DNA of 62,355 bases from Octopus bimaculoides (GCF_001194135.2 NC_068984.1:128427412-128489766); one strand, 5' to 3'. Counted from the stretch's first letter, positions 50,723 to 62,042 are shown. Made by a program: numbers and translations. The notes: a model not told the origin generated them from the sequence alone.

Positions 50723-53700
50723 ACACACACAATGGGCTTCTTTCAGTTTTCAGCAACCAAATCCACTCAGAAGGCTTTGATCAGCTCTGAGCTATAATAG
50801 AAGCAGTGGGAACAAACCAAAAGTAATGTGGTTGGGAAGCAATCTTCTTAAACACACAATCACACCTACACTCCTTTATTAAATTAAACCATATAAAACA
50901 ATGATAAATCATTTTACTTGCTTCTATTTTACCTCATTAAACAAGTCTGAGTAGGTTGGGTTAAATCCACCAATAACAAATATGTGGTTGGCTGTAACAA
51001 TAATTCGGTGTCCACTTCGTTCAATTGGTATATCTGTGTTTTCACAATCTAAACAACAAGATAAATGTTTACAAAATGAAATCATGATTGAAATCATCAG
51101 TTTGTAGTTGACTACAAGGAAAATAAATATTTGTATTGATTATTTCACAGTAGAAATTAGTTGTAAAGATTTAACAGAGCTCTACGTTCTGTAAAAGCTA
51201 GATACCGATGTTTTGTAAATTCTGTTCTAGTTGAGTATAAAGATGTTAGAAATATAGCAGATACTGCTTGTATGATGGTGACACTCGTTTACAACTAATA
51301 TGTAATGTCAAGACATGGAAGCACAAAGAAAAACATGCACACACATACATATCCACATAGTCATCTATGAATCTATAAATCAGATAAAATAGGTACTTGT
51401 ATCAGGTCATGCCATAAGTTCTGTCCGATTTTACTTTTTTTTAAATAGAATGAAATTTAATAGTATTTTAGAATGTCTAATGGAATTAAAAATTATTTTT
51501 ATGCATTTGTGTACATTTAAACTAATTAAATATTATTTTACAGAATAGAATTAAAATTTCTTTGATTAAAACCCTTTCTAACATGGAAATATCCAAAGAG
51601 CATTCGAGGCACATAATGCTTTATGAGTACAAAAAAGGAAACTCTGCAGCCGAAGTGACTCGAAACACACACTCAGTTTATTGGAAAGAATGCTTGAATG
51701 AAAGAACTTGCAGAAGATAGTTTGCAAAATTCAGAAGGGGAGATTTCAGCCTTGAAAAGGAAGATCGAACAGGACGTCCAGTTGAGTTTGATGACAAGCT
51801 CCTTGAGGCATTACTTGAAGAAAATCCTGCATTATCAGTCGAAGAATTGGCAATAAAGCTTAGTTCAAATCATACAACTGTTCATTGTCATCTTCAACAA
51901 CTTGGAAAATGGGTGCCCCATGAATTGTTCGAAAGCAACTGCAAATCCCGGGTTGATATCTGCTCTTCTCTCCATTCTCGTGAACTCATTTCACCCTTTT
52001 TGGATAGACTTGTGACTGGTGACGAAAAATGGATCTTCTATCGAAATGTTAAATGTCATAAACAGTGGCTTGATAAAATGGAAAAAGCTCAACCACAATC
52101 GAGAAGGGAATTTCATGGGAAAAAGGTTCTCTCTATCTGGTGGGATTTCAAAGAATAATTAACTTTGAATTGTTACCACCTAATGCAACAATCAATGCTC
52201 AAGTCTACTGTCAGCAATTAGAGCATTTGAACAAAGCTTTGAAGAAAAAAAGACCCACTTTAGAGAATCGAAAAGGAGTGATGTTTCATCAGGACAATGC
52301 ATGACCCCACACTGCAAAGATCACATCACAGGAGATTGAAGAGCTTGGTTGGGAAAAAATTCCTCATCTACCTTATTCTCCTGACCTTGCTCCTTCAGAC
52401 TACCATTTGTTTCGTAGTTTACAGAATCATTTGGGGGACATAAATTTCACAAGTCAGGAAGAGGTCGAAACTGACATTTTAGAGTTCTTCGCTTTGAAAC
52501 CAAAATAGTTTTACATTGGTGGGATTAAAAAGCTTGAAAATAGATGGAAGGAAGTCATAGATAATCAGGGAAAGTACATTGATGATTAAATATCAATTAA
52601 ATATAACATTTGATCACTTGTTTTCTTTATTCAAAATTCGGACAGAACTTATGGGATGACCTGATATATTTGTCAACAGAATGGGTGTATTGAAGTGATG
52701 GATCTATACTACTGTATTCTTTGATGCATGCATGTTCACTCCCCAACCATGTAGTTGGGATCAGCCTTACTACGTGGTGCCTTGGGCTGGTGTCTTCTAT
52801 GATAGCCTCAGATATATCAAACCCTTATCAGTAGATTTGGTAGACAGAAACTATAATATACCAACTCTGTTGACAAATATACATATATCTATTTGTATGT
52901 ATGAATGCTTACATACCTATACCCACACATTGGACTTCTTTTAGTTTCTGTCTACCAAATCCACTCATAAGGCTTTGATATATCTGGGGCTATAGTATAA
53001 GACCCTAGCCCAAGGTGCCACACAGTAGGACTGAACCCAGCTACATGGTTGGGAAGTGAACATCTTTACCTAAAATCTAAATTTCATGCATACAAAACTC
53101 CAGGTGAAGATTTATCTCCATTTCTAACAGATACAGTGACCCTGCAGAAGATACTTTGGCAGCTGTGATGAGATTGTTGTTAGTTATTAGGACTGTTTAG
53201 TCCCAGGACAACAGTGAACCAGTAGGCCTATAATAGTTGTGTCTAGTTTAGGCACAAGGCCAGCAATCTTTTTGAGGAAGGGTTTAGTTGATACTATCAA
53301 CTTCAGTACTTGAATAGTGCTGTATTTTATTGACCCTAGAGGGTTGAAAAGACAATGTTGGCTTTCATGGGATTTGAACTCATGATATCAAGAGTCAGAA
53401 TACTGCAAGGCATTTTATTCACCGTTCTAACGATTCTGCCAGATTATCCTTTCTTTTAAATTTTCTATGTCCATTCTGCTATTTATCTTTTTATTTTTCA
53501 GTAAATCATACCATATTGAAATATATCTGTTGTGTCTTAAAATAATGTTGGTTTTTCAATATTTCTATAATTCATAAAAGTTCTTAATATTATTCATTTG
53601 AAGGCGGTGCGCTGGTAGAATTGTTAGCACGCCAGGTAAAATGCTTTGTTGCATTTTGTTTGCCCTTAAGTTCTGAGTTCAAATTCCGCTGTGGTTGACT

Positions 53701-56302
53701 TCGCGTTTCATCCTTCTGAGCTTGATAAAATAAGCACCAGCTGAACACTGGGGACGATGTAATCAACTAATTCCTCCCCCCAAAATCGCTGACCTGGTGC
53801 CAAAATTGAAACCAACATTATTCATTTTATTTATACAGATAAACCAAATAATTATAGAACTTTTATATAATTATATATTTATTTGGTTTACTTGTATAAA
53901 TAAAGCTTACAAAATAGTTAATAAAATTACAAAATATATATATATATATATATTCATTTTACAATTTCCGCTAAGGTTGACTTTGCTTTTCATCCCTCTC
54001 AGGATCGATAAAATAAGGGTAAATTTCCCGTTTTCCGGACCAAAAGAAGTTTTTTTGTGGCATATAAAGGGGTCACCGTAATTCATTCAATGAAAAAAAA
54101 AAAATTCTAATGATTCTGGGATGNNNNNNNNNNNNNNNNNNNNNNNNNNNNNNNNNNNNNNNNNNNNNNNNNNNNNNNNNNNNNNNNNNNNNNNNNNNNN
54201 NNNNNNNNNNNNNNNNNNNNNNNNNNNNNNNNNNNNNNNNNNNNNNNNNNNNNNNNNNNNNNNNNNNNNNNNNNNNNNNNNNNNNNNNNNNNNNNNNNNN
54301 NNNNNNNNNNNNNNNNNNNNNNNNNNNNNNNNNNNNNNNNNNNNNNNNNNNNNNNNNNNNNNNNNNNNNNNNNNNNNNNNNNNNNNNNNNNNNNNNNNNN
54401 NNNNNNNNNNNNNNNNNNNNNNNNNNNNNNNNNNNNNNNNNNNNNNNNNNNNNNNNNNNNNNNNNNNNNNNNNNNNNNNNNNNNNNNNNNNNNNNNNNNN
54501 NNNNNNNNNNNNNNNNNNNNNNNNNNNNNNNNNNNNNNNNNNNNGTTGCAATCCCTTTATTTTTACTCGGAAAAAAAGGGGTGGGGGGTGGGAAGCTGGA
54601 CCCCTCCCCACATCCCGAAATCATTGGAAATTTTTTTTTTTGTTGACTGAATTCCGATGACCCCCTAATATGCTACAAAACCCATTTTTGAGTCAAGAAA
54701 ACGGGGTAGAGTGAGGTGGAAGCCTCGTAAATACTCCCCCCCTCCCACTGATCTTTTCACCTGCACGATTTTCAAAAAAAAAAAACTTGGATTTTTTGCA
54801 TGGAATCAAGTACCCTGACTTCATGTTGCAATCCCTTTATTTTTACTCGGAAAAAAAGGGGTGGGGGGTGGGAAGCTGGACCCCTCCCCACATCCCGAAA
54901 TCATTGGAAATTTTTTTTTTTGTTGACTGAATTCCGATGACCCCCTAATATGCTACAAAACCCTTTTTTGGGTCCGGAAGACGGAGTGGGGTGGAACCCT
55001 CGGAAATTTCACCTCCATCCCCATTTTCAAATATTTTTTGCTATTTCTTTCTTTAACCATAATTTTAGATAACATTTTGCAGAAATACGTTTTCGAGAGA
55101 GTGTCGATTACATTAGATTGAAAATTCAACGAAGTTTGAAATGAATAAGTGAAGATGCAGATGTTATATAGAAGTTACTGGTAACGAAGTGTGGAGAGGT
55201 AGATGATAAATTCATCTTAAAAAAACACGTTTTTGTATATTCGGAATCTACATGATATAACAAATATTCGTTGGAAATTTCATTAAAAAATATCCGTTTT
55301 TCTGCAAGTTATGATCATCCAAAGTCGGGGTGAGGTATGACATGGGGGAGATTTGTGTCTTAAAAAAAAGACGAGATGGTCGTAGTCAACACGCTTTTTA
55401 AAGACGGGATGGTCACAATTGCAACACTTTTAAAAAACGGGATGATCACGGTTGCAATGCTTTTAAAAGACAAAACGGTCACGGTTTAGAATACTTACGC
55501 ATGTTTTCGCGCGTCCAAAAAGATTTGTTTGCAAACATGCACACAGATCCACGCATGCGCAAGAACCAATTCAATACTGGAAATGTTTCTATTTCAATGC
55601 CCACGACTTCAGGTACACTCACCTCTTACACAGTGTAACGAGGGTTCGGGTTTTCTGTTTTAAATATCAAAGATTCAGAATCTTTTTTATGTCTGTTACA
55701 TTTAAAAAGTTTTGAACATTTTTTCATAAGATTAAGGTTTCGGGGGAGGGGGCGAAAGTAAAGAATACGTACACCCAGCATTTAAGGTTAGGAAATAGCC
55801 AGCTGGAGGAGATGTTCTCCTGGGGCTAAAAGCAACAGTAACATTCACCCTTAGGGTTTAGCCGCATCTAAGTGGTAAATATACTTCACGTAATAGGGTT
55901 TTTGTTACGTCGAAAACGGGCAGTGTACGTATTCTTTATCTCCTCCGGTTTCGGCATTTACAGCTGTAATATTTTTTATATTTCGTAATCATAAGTTAAA
56001 ATTTTCAGTAAATGAAATAGATTAATACTCATATGTACCTCAAATGCAAGCGAAAAAGAAAAAATATACTGGAGATGTAAATCCGTTAACCCTCCAAAAT
56101 TTTCTTTTTTTTCTTAATTAAAACAAAAACTTTTGGAAGATTCTAAATCTTCGATATTTAAAAGCACAATAACCGAAGACCGTCGTCTTAAAAGGCAAAA
56201 TAAAGAAGAAAAGATAAAGGTTAAAGAAAAACTCCACACGGAAACGAATAAGCCCTTTTTATTTCCTGCTTATTTTTTTTATAGGGGCGCAGAATTGTTA
56301 TG

Positions 56303-56355
<53 letters not shown>

Positions 56356-57288
56356 ATTTGTTACGGGAACTTTCAGCAAGAAATATACAAATTCTTACAG
56401 TATTGTGGTCAATGTGTCCTTCCTTTTTTTAAGACGGTGGGTTGTAATTTGAGGGAGAGTTGATTGCTGTTTCTAGCAAGTAGAGTGACCGCATAGAGGC
56501 TATGTAGCTCCACGAATGGGAGCGTAATGGGAAGATTTTAAAATGCAACATTGCAAAAATGTGAATTAGATGTAAAACGAAAAGTGAACTTTTAAGCGAG
56601 ATGCAAATCTAAAGTAGCATCTGAATTTGTATATGGTGAGAAAGAAGAAAGAATTCTAACATTTCAGGCATGGTTGGCTGTTTAGAAGTCTCCTTTTGTC
56701 TAAACAACTTACTAACAACTCTGTACTACGATATTGTTCACACCCAAGCATGGAAAAACTGCAGTTCAAGACAAACGAAGAAGCCTCCATACAATCATTT
56801 GACCTGCTAGAAATAGCAGGCAAATGACACTACACTGTCTTTAAAAAGACACATTGAATGATGTGGACCTAGGCGCATTGTATCCAGGGAAAGTACGGAT
56901 AAACAGCAGAAATGACCAGGCTTAACGTAAATATTAAACAACAACTATGCAGGGGCATCCTTTCAATTGATCCTACCAGAGTACTAGAATTAATTAAAGC
57001 CGTAAATTCACAAACCTATCTTCAAGTATTGCAGACAGTATCTTCCAGCTGATGGACACATCTTGGAAACTAAAATGTCATAAAACATAGTGAGTAGCTG
57101 GGTCGAGAGAATACAGTTCATAATGTAGTTTCTCTTAATGTTTAAATAAATATCTTCATGTTAGTGGATCTACGACAAAATACGTTTTCCCTTAACGAAG
57201 AATTTTTTTTATAAACCTTACCATTATTCTGTCGAGGAATTATTGTCTGGACTTTTAGCAACGACATTGGACTGCTTCCCTCTGCCAT
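38423..57288 (-). CDS. KLHDC10: Kelch domain-containing protein 10-like (Slim), 376 aa; complement join(57222..57288,50933..51048,49146..49230,47950..48122,47316..47452,43715..43799,42998..43064,42795..42842,41186..41322,38423..38638)
   Basis: 10 exons total 1131 nt in one open frame. Six kelch GG motifs, with KLHDC10-type motifs RSGHR, FGGSGLPFG, RYRHE, RKCHGCV and YFHGSAVSP, plus a C-terminal VPSLQEMCW BC-box-like motif. Confidence 0.9.
38695..39185 (+). mobile_element. SINE family A followed by an RTE-type tail
   Basis: Homology to 26147 and 41530 copies. Confidence 0.75.
40630..41020 (+). mobile_element. RTE-tail element with internal ~65-bp repeats (aaaagcacc...); second copy 41530-41880, third 48505-48720
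   Basis: gtgcc.gtggca.gtaaaaagcacc repeats, then ttggcattaggaagggcatccagctgtagaaa...ccatgccagcatggaaa...gatgatg. Confidence 0.8.
41186..41322 (-). CDS. KLHDC10: KLHDC10 exon 9 (VYICGGTKNKMIFKDVWRFS...YFHGSAVSP)
   Basis: gttacag acceptor, CCT|gtaagt donor. Confidence 0.93.
42795..42842 (-). CDS. KLHDC10: KLHDC10 exon 8, 48 nt (LPSDRKCHGCVHYKH)
   Basis: atttcag acceptor, T|gtaagc donor; matches the RRCHSCV-type motif. Confidence 0.88.
42998..43064 (-). CDS. KLHDC10: KLHDC10 exon 7 (IPVLDFDTFCWSYITSSRDIKN-D)
   Basis: gtttcag acceptor, G|gtcagt donor; fills the phase 0/1 gap in the model. Confidence 0.85.
43182..43414 (+). mobile_element. SINE family B, youngest-looking full copy (others ~36665, 45570, 46885, 53603; inverted ~53245-53445)
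   Basis: ggcggcgagctggcagaaacgttagc..., B-box GAGTTCAAATTCC, aataaagaaataag tail, CpGs retained. Confidence 0.88.
43715..43799 (-). CDS. KLHDC10: KLHDC10 exon 6 (YRHETVVEGKKLYIFGGGTNSSVFDLIK)
   Basis: ttgtag acceptor, AAG|gtaata donor. Confidence 0.92.
44190..45035 (-). mobile_element. RTE-clade LINE 3' end (RT C-terminal remnant plus 3'UTR with GAT tail)
   Basis: Minus strand reads GWAKFRELLP...GRLYDACVRTAMLHGSETWAV...ASMLRWMC...GHVMHMDEDSCVKKC...GRGRPRKTWDEVV. Confidence 0.88.
47316..47452 (-). CDS. KLHDC10: KLHDC10 exon 5 (TMHPIDNYIYICGGTEG...KNPPEP-R)
   Basis: ttttcag acceptor, AG|gttaga donor. Confidence 0.92.
47478..47600. mobile_element. Tc1/mariner-derived MITE, 123 bp
   Basis: TA|CACGGTGTCCACAAGGTCTGGGTACATGG...CCATGCACCCAGACTTTGTGGACACCCTG|TA. 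Confidence 0.85.
47950..48122 (-). CDS. KLHDC10: KLHDC10 exon 4 (MCLLGNCIIVFGGSGLPFG...KRYGH)
   Basis: tttaag acceptor, CAT|gtaagt donor. Confidence 0.93.
48290..48358 (-). ncRNA. Candidate Penelope-type minimal hammerhead ribozyme
   Basis: Minus strand reads ATTT-CUGACGA-A-GAGC(UCC)GCUC-GAAA-CGUC-AGAU: core boxes, 4-bp stem II, palindromic ACGU stem III, GUC triplet; stem I is weak. Confidence 0.55.
48758..49047 (-). mobile_element. SINE family C lacking its tRNA head
   Basis: Near-identical to 13531-13825; stops 98 nt from the KLHDC10 exon 3 donor. Confidence 0.85.
49146..49230 (-). CDS. KLHDC10: KLHDC10 exon 3 (VWSFNISTNVWTKLKTTGPAPTQVASHS)
   Basis: ttcacag acceptor, A|gtaagt donor. Confidence 0.92.
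50933..51048 (-). CDS. KLHDC10: KLHDC10 exon 2 (CENTDIPIERSGHRIIVTANHIFVIGGFNPTYSDLFNE)
   Basis: gtttag acceptor, GAG|gtaaaa donor, first kelch repeat. Confidence 0.92.
51402..52664 (+). mobile_element. Full-length mariner (DD34D) element, 1263 bp; transposase pseudogene 51583-52589
   Basis: TA TSDs, 27-bp TIRs TCAGGTCAT(G/C)CCATAAGTTCTGTCCGA; WVPHEL, LVTGDEKW, HQDNA*PH and YSPDLAPSD motifs; several in-frame stops. Confidence 0.95.
52732..53063. repeat. Inverted pair of SINE-A 5' halves (122-bp arms, 89-nt spacer)
   Basis: Manual ungapped comparison gave 104/122 complementary positions. Confidence 0.9.
54020..55010. mobile_element. Unclassified GC-rich element with long inverted arms spanning the gap
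   Basis: 54030-54123 is the reverse complement of ~54885-54980; a 139-bp direct repeat lies at 54545 and 54825. Confidence 0.55.
55365..55490. repeat. ~33-bp tandem repeat x4 (aaaagacgggatggtcac..ttgcaac.ctttt)
   Basis: Directly visible, degenerate. Confidence 0.7.
57222..57288 (-). CDS. KLHDC10: KLHDC10 coding exon 1 (MAEGSSPMSLLKVQTIIPRQNN-D)
   Basis: gtcATGG start, G|gtaagg donor, phase 1 matches the next exon, CpG-richer context; low protein conservation. Confidence 0.72.
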
Positions 57289-57700
57289 GACTTCGGGGCT
57301 CGGTTAAGAGCGGTGGAGATAAATATTCCTTCCATTAAATCAAAATTCTACGGAATAACAAGATGATTAATAAATGTGTTTTATTACTTTTCTATAAAGA
57401 TGAAATTAAATAATAAGACAAATAATATTTTAGTGATCAATTTATTCATATCAGTATTTTAATATGTAAATGTTTATCGTTATTAGATGTTAGTTTTTGG
57501 TGACCTGTGGCGGAATATTATAAGGAAGGTAACTATAACGAACACACCGCCTAACAACCTCCATTTGTCGATTATCAAAAATGGCCAACAGCATGTCAGT
57601 TAGAGTTGATGTGAAAAATATACTCTCGTCTTTTATATCGACAGGTGTCAGAAAATGTCCGAAAATGTAAGTAAATTCACAAAATAATGATAATTTAATT
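57289..57700. promoter_or_regulatory. KLHDC10 5' region / candidate bidirectional promoter
   Basis: CpG-richer island directly upstream of the KLHDC10 ATG, YY1-like AAAATGGC near 57578, + strand splice signals. Confidence 0.45.
57645..57666 (+). CDS. Possible start exon (MSEN) of a divergent unidentified gene
   Basis: ttttatatcgacag acceptor, aaaATG TCC GAA AAT|gtaagt; upstream donor-like AAG|gtaact at 57529. Splice signals only. Confidence 0.3.
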
Positions 57701-58546
57701 AAATTATCAGTTTTATTTTTACAATTCCCTGTTTAAAAATAGCTAACAACTAGTATTTTGATTCTCTGACTACGCAAAATCTTCCAACATTAATTCAAAA
57801 TTTACAACTTCCGGGGTAAATTTAACGTTATTTCGTGGAATCTTTATAAATAGTATTTGTTTTTCATATCTCAAATCGAATCAAACTCAAATGGATAATA
57901 TTTTGATTTGCATAGCTATCTCTAGAGAAACTATTTGAAGCGTTTGAACTGTTTTATTAATGACGTCTTTCTCAAATAATCTTGTAAGTTTCAATTAAAA
58001 TGAAAGAGTCACCAAATACATTGTTGTTATTGTAATAACGTCAAGATTCTTGTGTTTTTCATTCACAATAATTCTGAAACATTCATATCTATAATGTTTA
58101 TAAACACTATGTTGGAAAAGATATAACCGAGTTTGGTTTTAAGGATATATTGTTTTGTATTTCGATTTGAACATATTTATTAAAGGTTCCTTAACCTATT
58201 TAATGCATCCTGTCTCTAAAATCAGGCAGAGGAAAACACTTATATGATACTATTTAATTCAAATTTAAGTACATATTTGCTTTTCATGAATCCGAACTGT
58301 TATATGATCAATAGTCCTTTTATGAATTTCTCGTCAAAATAGTTGTTCTTATTTAACTATAATTAATTGAAGAATGGGTTAATTGGAAATACTTGCAAGT
58401 GTTTATTTGGAAATGTCATAAAGGGAATACTGTAATTAAGTCGTAGATTGAGTCGTCACTGCATAATCATTTATTTTATGAAATCTTGTTAATTTTAATG
58501 CTTGTAACTATTCAATATATTTATGTATAACACCTGATTGTGTGTT

Positions 58547-58590
<44 letters not shown>

Positions 58591-59121
58591 TGTATGTGTG
58601 TGTGTTGAATTATCGATGGTGACCGCTAAAGTCCAAAGTGAATGCTCAATTTACTATCAGAAACTGAAGAATTCAGTCACATAAGCAAAATACAATTAAA
58701 AATAAGACAAGACTGCTCTCACAGTTAATTGATGAACTTCAACTTTTTATAAAATTAAATGCAGTGACTGTGTGGTGATATAACTAACCCCAGTGTTTAG
58801 GGTGTTATATCATGATATATAAACGAAGTATATGGTATTGTTTTGTGTGAAAGTGGATAAATACTGAACAAACATTTTACGTTTTGTTTGTTGAATATTT
58901 CAGGTTTTTGATTTTCAGTCAGATATAAATTCTATAAGCTATTCACCCAGCTCTCTATATTCACCTTTTAAAAAATTATCAGAAAGAATTTTATATTGAA
59001 CTGGGGTGGGGGTCTGACACTAACGAGTTACTTTTCATTATTCATTTTTACTCAAGGGAACCAATTTGAATGGTAAGGAGTACAGTAGATTCAAATTATA
59101 TATCATTAGTATAGTACTGAA

Positions 59122-59455
59122 GGCGCATGGCTCAGCGGTTAGAGCACTGGGCTCACAATCATGAGGTAATGAGTTCAATTCCTGGACTGGGGTGTGTGTT
59201 GTGTTCTTTAGCAAGACACTTTATTTCACATTGCCCCAGTTCACTCAGCTGTAAAAATGAGTTGCGGCACCACTGGTGCCAAACTGTATCAGCCTTTGCC
59301 TCTCCCTTGGATAACATCAGTGATGTGAAGAGGGGAAGCAGGTATGCATGGGTGACTGCTTGTCTTCCATAAACGACCTTGCCCGAATTTGTTCCTTAAC
59401 TTTCTAGGTGTAATCCCATGGTCATTCATGACCAAAGGAAAGTCTTTACCCTTAC
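59122..59455 (+). mobile_element. tRNA-head SINE (C-related head, different body)
   Basis: ggcgcatggctcagcggttagagc...gagttcaattcctgg. Confidence 0.75.
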
Positions 59456-60693
59456 CTAGTATAGTACTTATTTTATTGATCTTAGGAGGGGGAAAAAACC
59501 GAGCTAGATTGGCTGGAATTTGATCTCAGAATGTGTTTATCTATTGCACCATCTACAACACCTAGAACATCACTACAACACTATTTGTTCCACATATATC
59601 TATACAAATATTAAAGAATACTTTTACACAAGAACAATAGCAGTAATATTAATGATCTCATTAACTTAGTTCACCATTGTAGCATGCACACCACCTGAGG
59701 TGCAACTGTTGCAATCCCTTAGATACTCTCATTTACCTCTACTACAGACAGTGGAGAAAAGACATTTCCAGTCACTTGAAATAGCAGTCAATTCTACCTC
59801 AAATCACACCCATCTTAAAAAGAGAAGTACATATTGGATAAAATAGTCTGAGGCACATTAAGCAAAATAAGAGGGTCATGGTTTGAATGCTTTTCATTGT
59901 TCTGCTAACTTAAGGCTAAATAGCAACATAACAGCCATTACATGCCTTATGCAGTGTGATCCTATGGCAGATAGATGCTAGGGTACTTGGAACTCTATAT
60001 TTGTCATTTGACATGCTATAACAACAATCATCAAAGAAAGTTGGTGAAAGAAATACATGTATTCGGTAGAGTTAACTTTGAAACTTTTATATCCTTAATG
60101 TTTGGATATATGAGTTAACGAAGTGGAGGTAAAACAATGTCTTCATGCGACATACTTCTGTTACTGCTCATGTGAGACTCCCAAAATGCCTCTGTTATCA
60201 TCAACGATAAACGTTCCGATGAGTCCATCTTTTAAACACACATGTGTTAATGCCTATCACCACAACAGAAACTATTAACTTCTTTCTTTAGATAGCAGAA
60301 AACTTGTGATAGATTTGCTCTCCTTGTATTAATAATAATAAGGAAACAGTTGCTAGGTACAACAACACATTTAGTTTGTATCTTCAGTACATCAGCAGCC
60401 ATAATTCAGTGAAAACTAGCAGAGACTTTGGAAAATAAATCTCTCTCCTTTGTATTTCTGTAATGATGGAGCAGTGAATAGAATGAAATAAACAACAATC
60501 CTTTTTCCCATAAAAAAACTATTTCTATTCAACAAATAATTTGGAATTTTTTGGAAAAATTATTAATTTTTTCTTTATCACTATGTGTGGAGGAAGAGTA
60601 GTGCCCATTGATACTTTTCAGACTTCCAAGGCAAGCAATAAACTAACAGCATAACAACTTCATTGGTAGTTATCCTTTTCAAATGATTGTTAG

Positions 60694-60774
60694 ATTCAAC
60701 TATCGTTAACAGTCCTTCCAACTTCAATCTTTATGTCTGAATTCAGAGCTGAAATAACTGATGCAATCAAAGAG
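60694..60774 (+). CDS. Possible internal exon (IQLSLTVLPTSIFMSEFRAEITDAIKE) of an unidentified gene
   Basis: ttgttag acceptor, GAG|gtaaca donor, only the phase-0 frame is open; no family recognised. Confidence 0.33.
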
Positions 60775-60814
60775 GTAACAAAAGATTAATTAGTTTAATG
60801 AGAAAGTACCCCAT

Positions 60815-61167
60815 GCGCGTGGTTTAGTGGATAGGGTATTTGGCTCACGATCATAAGGTCGTGAGTTCGATTCCCGGTGACATGTTGTGTCCTTGAGCAA
60901 GACACTTTATTTCACGTTGCTCCAGTCCACTAAACTGGCAAAAATGTGTAGTACCTGTATTTCAAAAGGCTGGCCTTGTCATGCTGAGTCTCCCTGAGAA
61001 CTACGTTAGGGGTACACGTGTCTGTGGATTGCTCAGTCACTTGCACATTAATTCCACGAGCANNNNNNNNNNGTGGATTGCTCAGTCACTTGCACATTAA
61101 TTCCACGAGCAGGCTGTTCTGTTGATCGTATCAGCTGGGACCCTCGTCATCGTAACTGATGGAGTGC
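60815..61167 (+). mobile_element. SINE family C-like copy containing a 10-N gap with duplicated flanks
   Basis: gcgcgtggtttagtggataggg...gagttcgattcccgg; 3' part is the reverse complement of the 13531 body. Confidence 0.8.
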
Positions 61168-61927
61168 TCCTTTGCCCAATGCTAAAATGAAGGGCAACTC
61201 CACCAGTTTGTTACAGTAAAAGAAAGCAAATAAGAAAATAATGAAAACAATAAAGTTCTCAGAATTAAGTCTCTTTAATCTTGGCACCTGTTTTCACCAC
61301 CATCACCCATTCACTTTTTTAGTCAGCTGTATGAAACTTTCTTGTTCCCCTTTTCAACAAAGGACTCTGATTGCCAGTATCTTCATCTTCCTACAGCAAC
61401 ATTCAAACCTATCTAAATATACAAGCTTCACTAAATAATTTTTGCTGAGACAGATCATCTCACACATGCATGCACACAAAGAAAACTTTCATGAATGACT
61501 TGTTGCTTGCATATTAACTTCAACCTTTGTTCAGTAATGAAAGGTAGATGATTTATTTACAAGCAATGTTCTCAGTTTGGAGTTTTTCTAGTTTTGCTTC
61601 ACAATAGTCAAGTATCATGTTTGAAACCTTAGTTTTAAAAGAAAATGTCAAATATTGTTGTGCTACATTTATATATGCATGCTGTTGTTAACCCTTTAGC
61701 ATTCAGATTACTCAGTCAAATGTAATGCTTATCTATTCACATTGTTTTCAGTTACTCTTGCATTATCTCATGACTTTGGAATTTTTATTGCAATTGTTTA
61801 TTTCTAAAACAATATTGTAGGGCATCAGTAAGATGAGATTGGTTTGAACATAAAACAGGTAAAATATTTAGGCCGGATATGGCTGGTTTAAATGCTAAAA
61901 GGTTAATGGTCTTTTATTTTGTTGTAG

Positions 61928-62042
61928 TTCGCCAGATATTGTGATTAACAATGAAGATGATAGTGATGGTGATGATATGGACCATACGTCTAAAGACCAA
62001 ACACCAAACGATCCTCGGAATAAAACAAAATATTTAAACAGA
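61928..62042 (+). CDS. Possible internal exon, acidic (SPDIVINNEDDSDGDDMDHTSKDQTPNDPRNKTKYLNR)
   Basis: T-rich tract plus gttgtag acceptor, protein-like composition, weak AGA|gttggg donor; phase 2 start does not join directly to the 60694 exon. Confidence 0.4.

Noticed and set aside
57529-57540. GTAACTATAACG matches part of the LSU rRNA I-CeuI site
   Set aside because: 12-nt match only, with no flanking rRNA similarity; chance.
58904-59072. Extra exon candidates for the third gene (58904 onward; 16-nt 59057-59072)
   Set aside because: The first has no donor before a stop. The second has good splice-like sites but does not reconcile phases with the other candidates.
61024-61110. 39-bp direct duplication around 10 Ns
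   Set aside because: Typical scaffolding overlap artefact.
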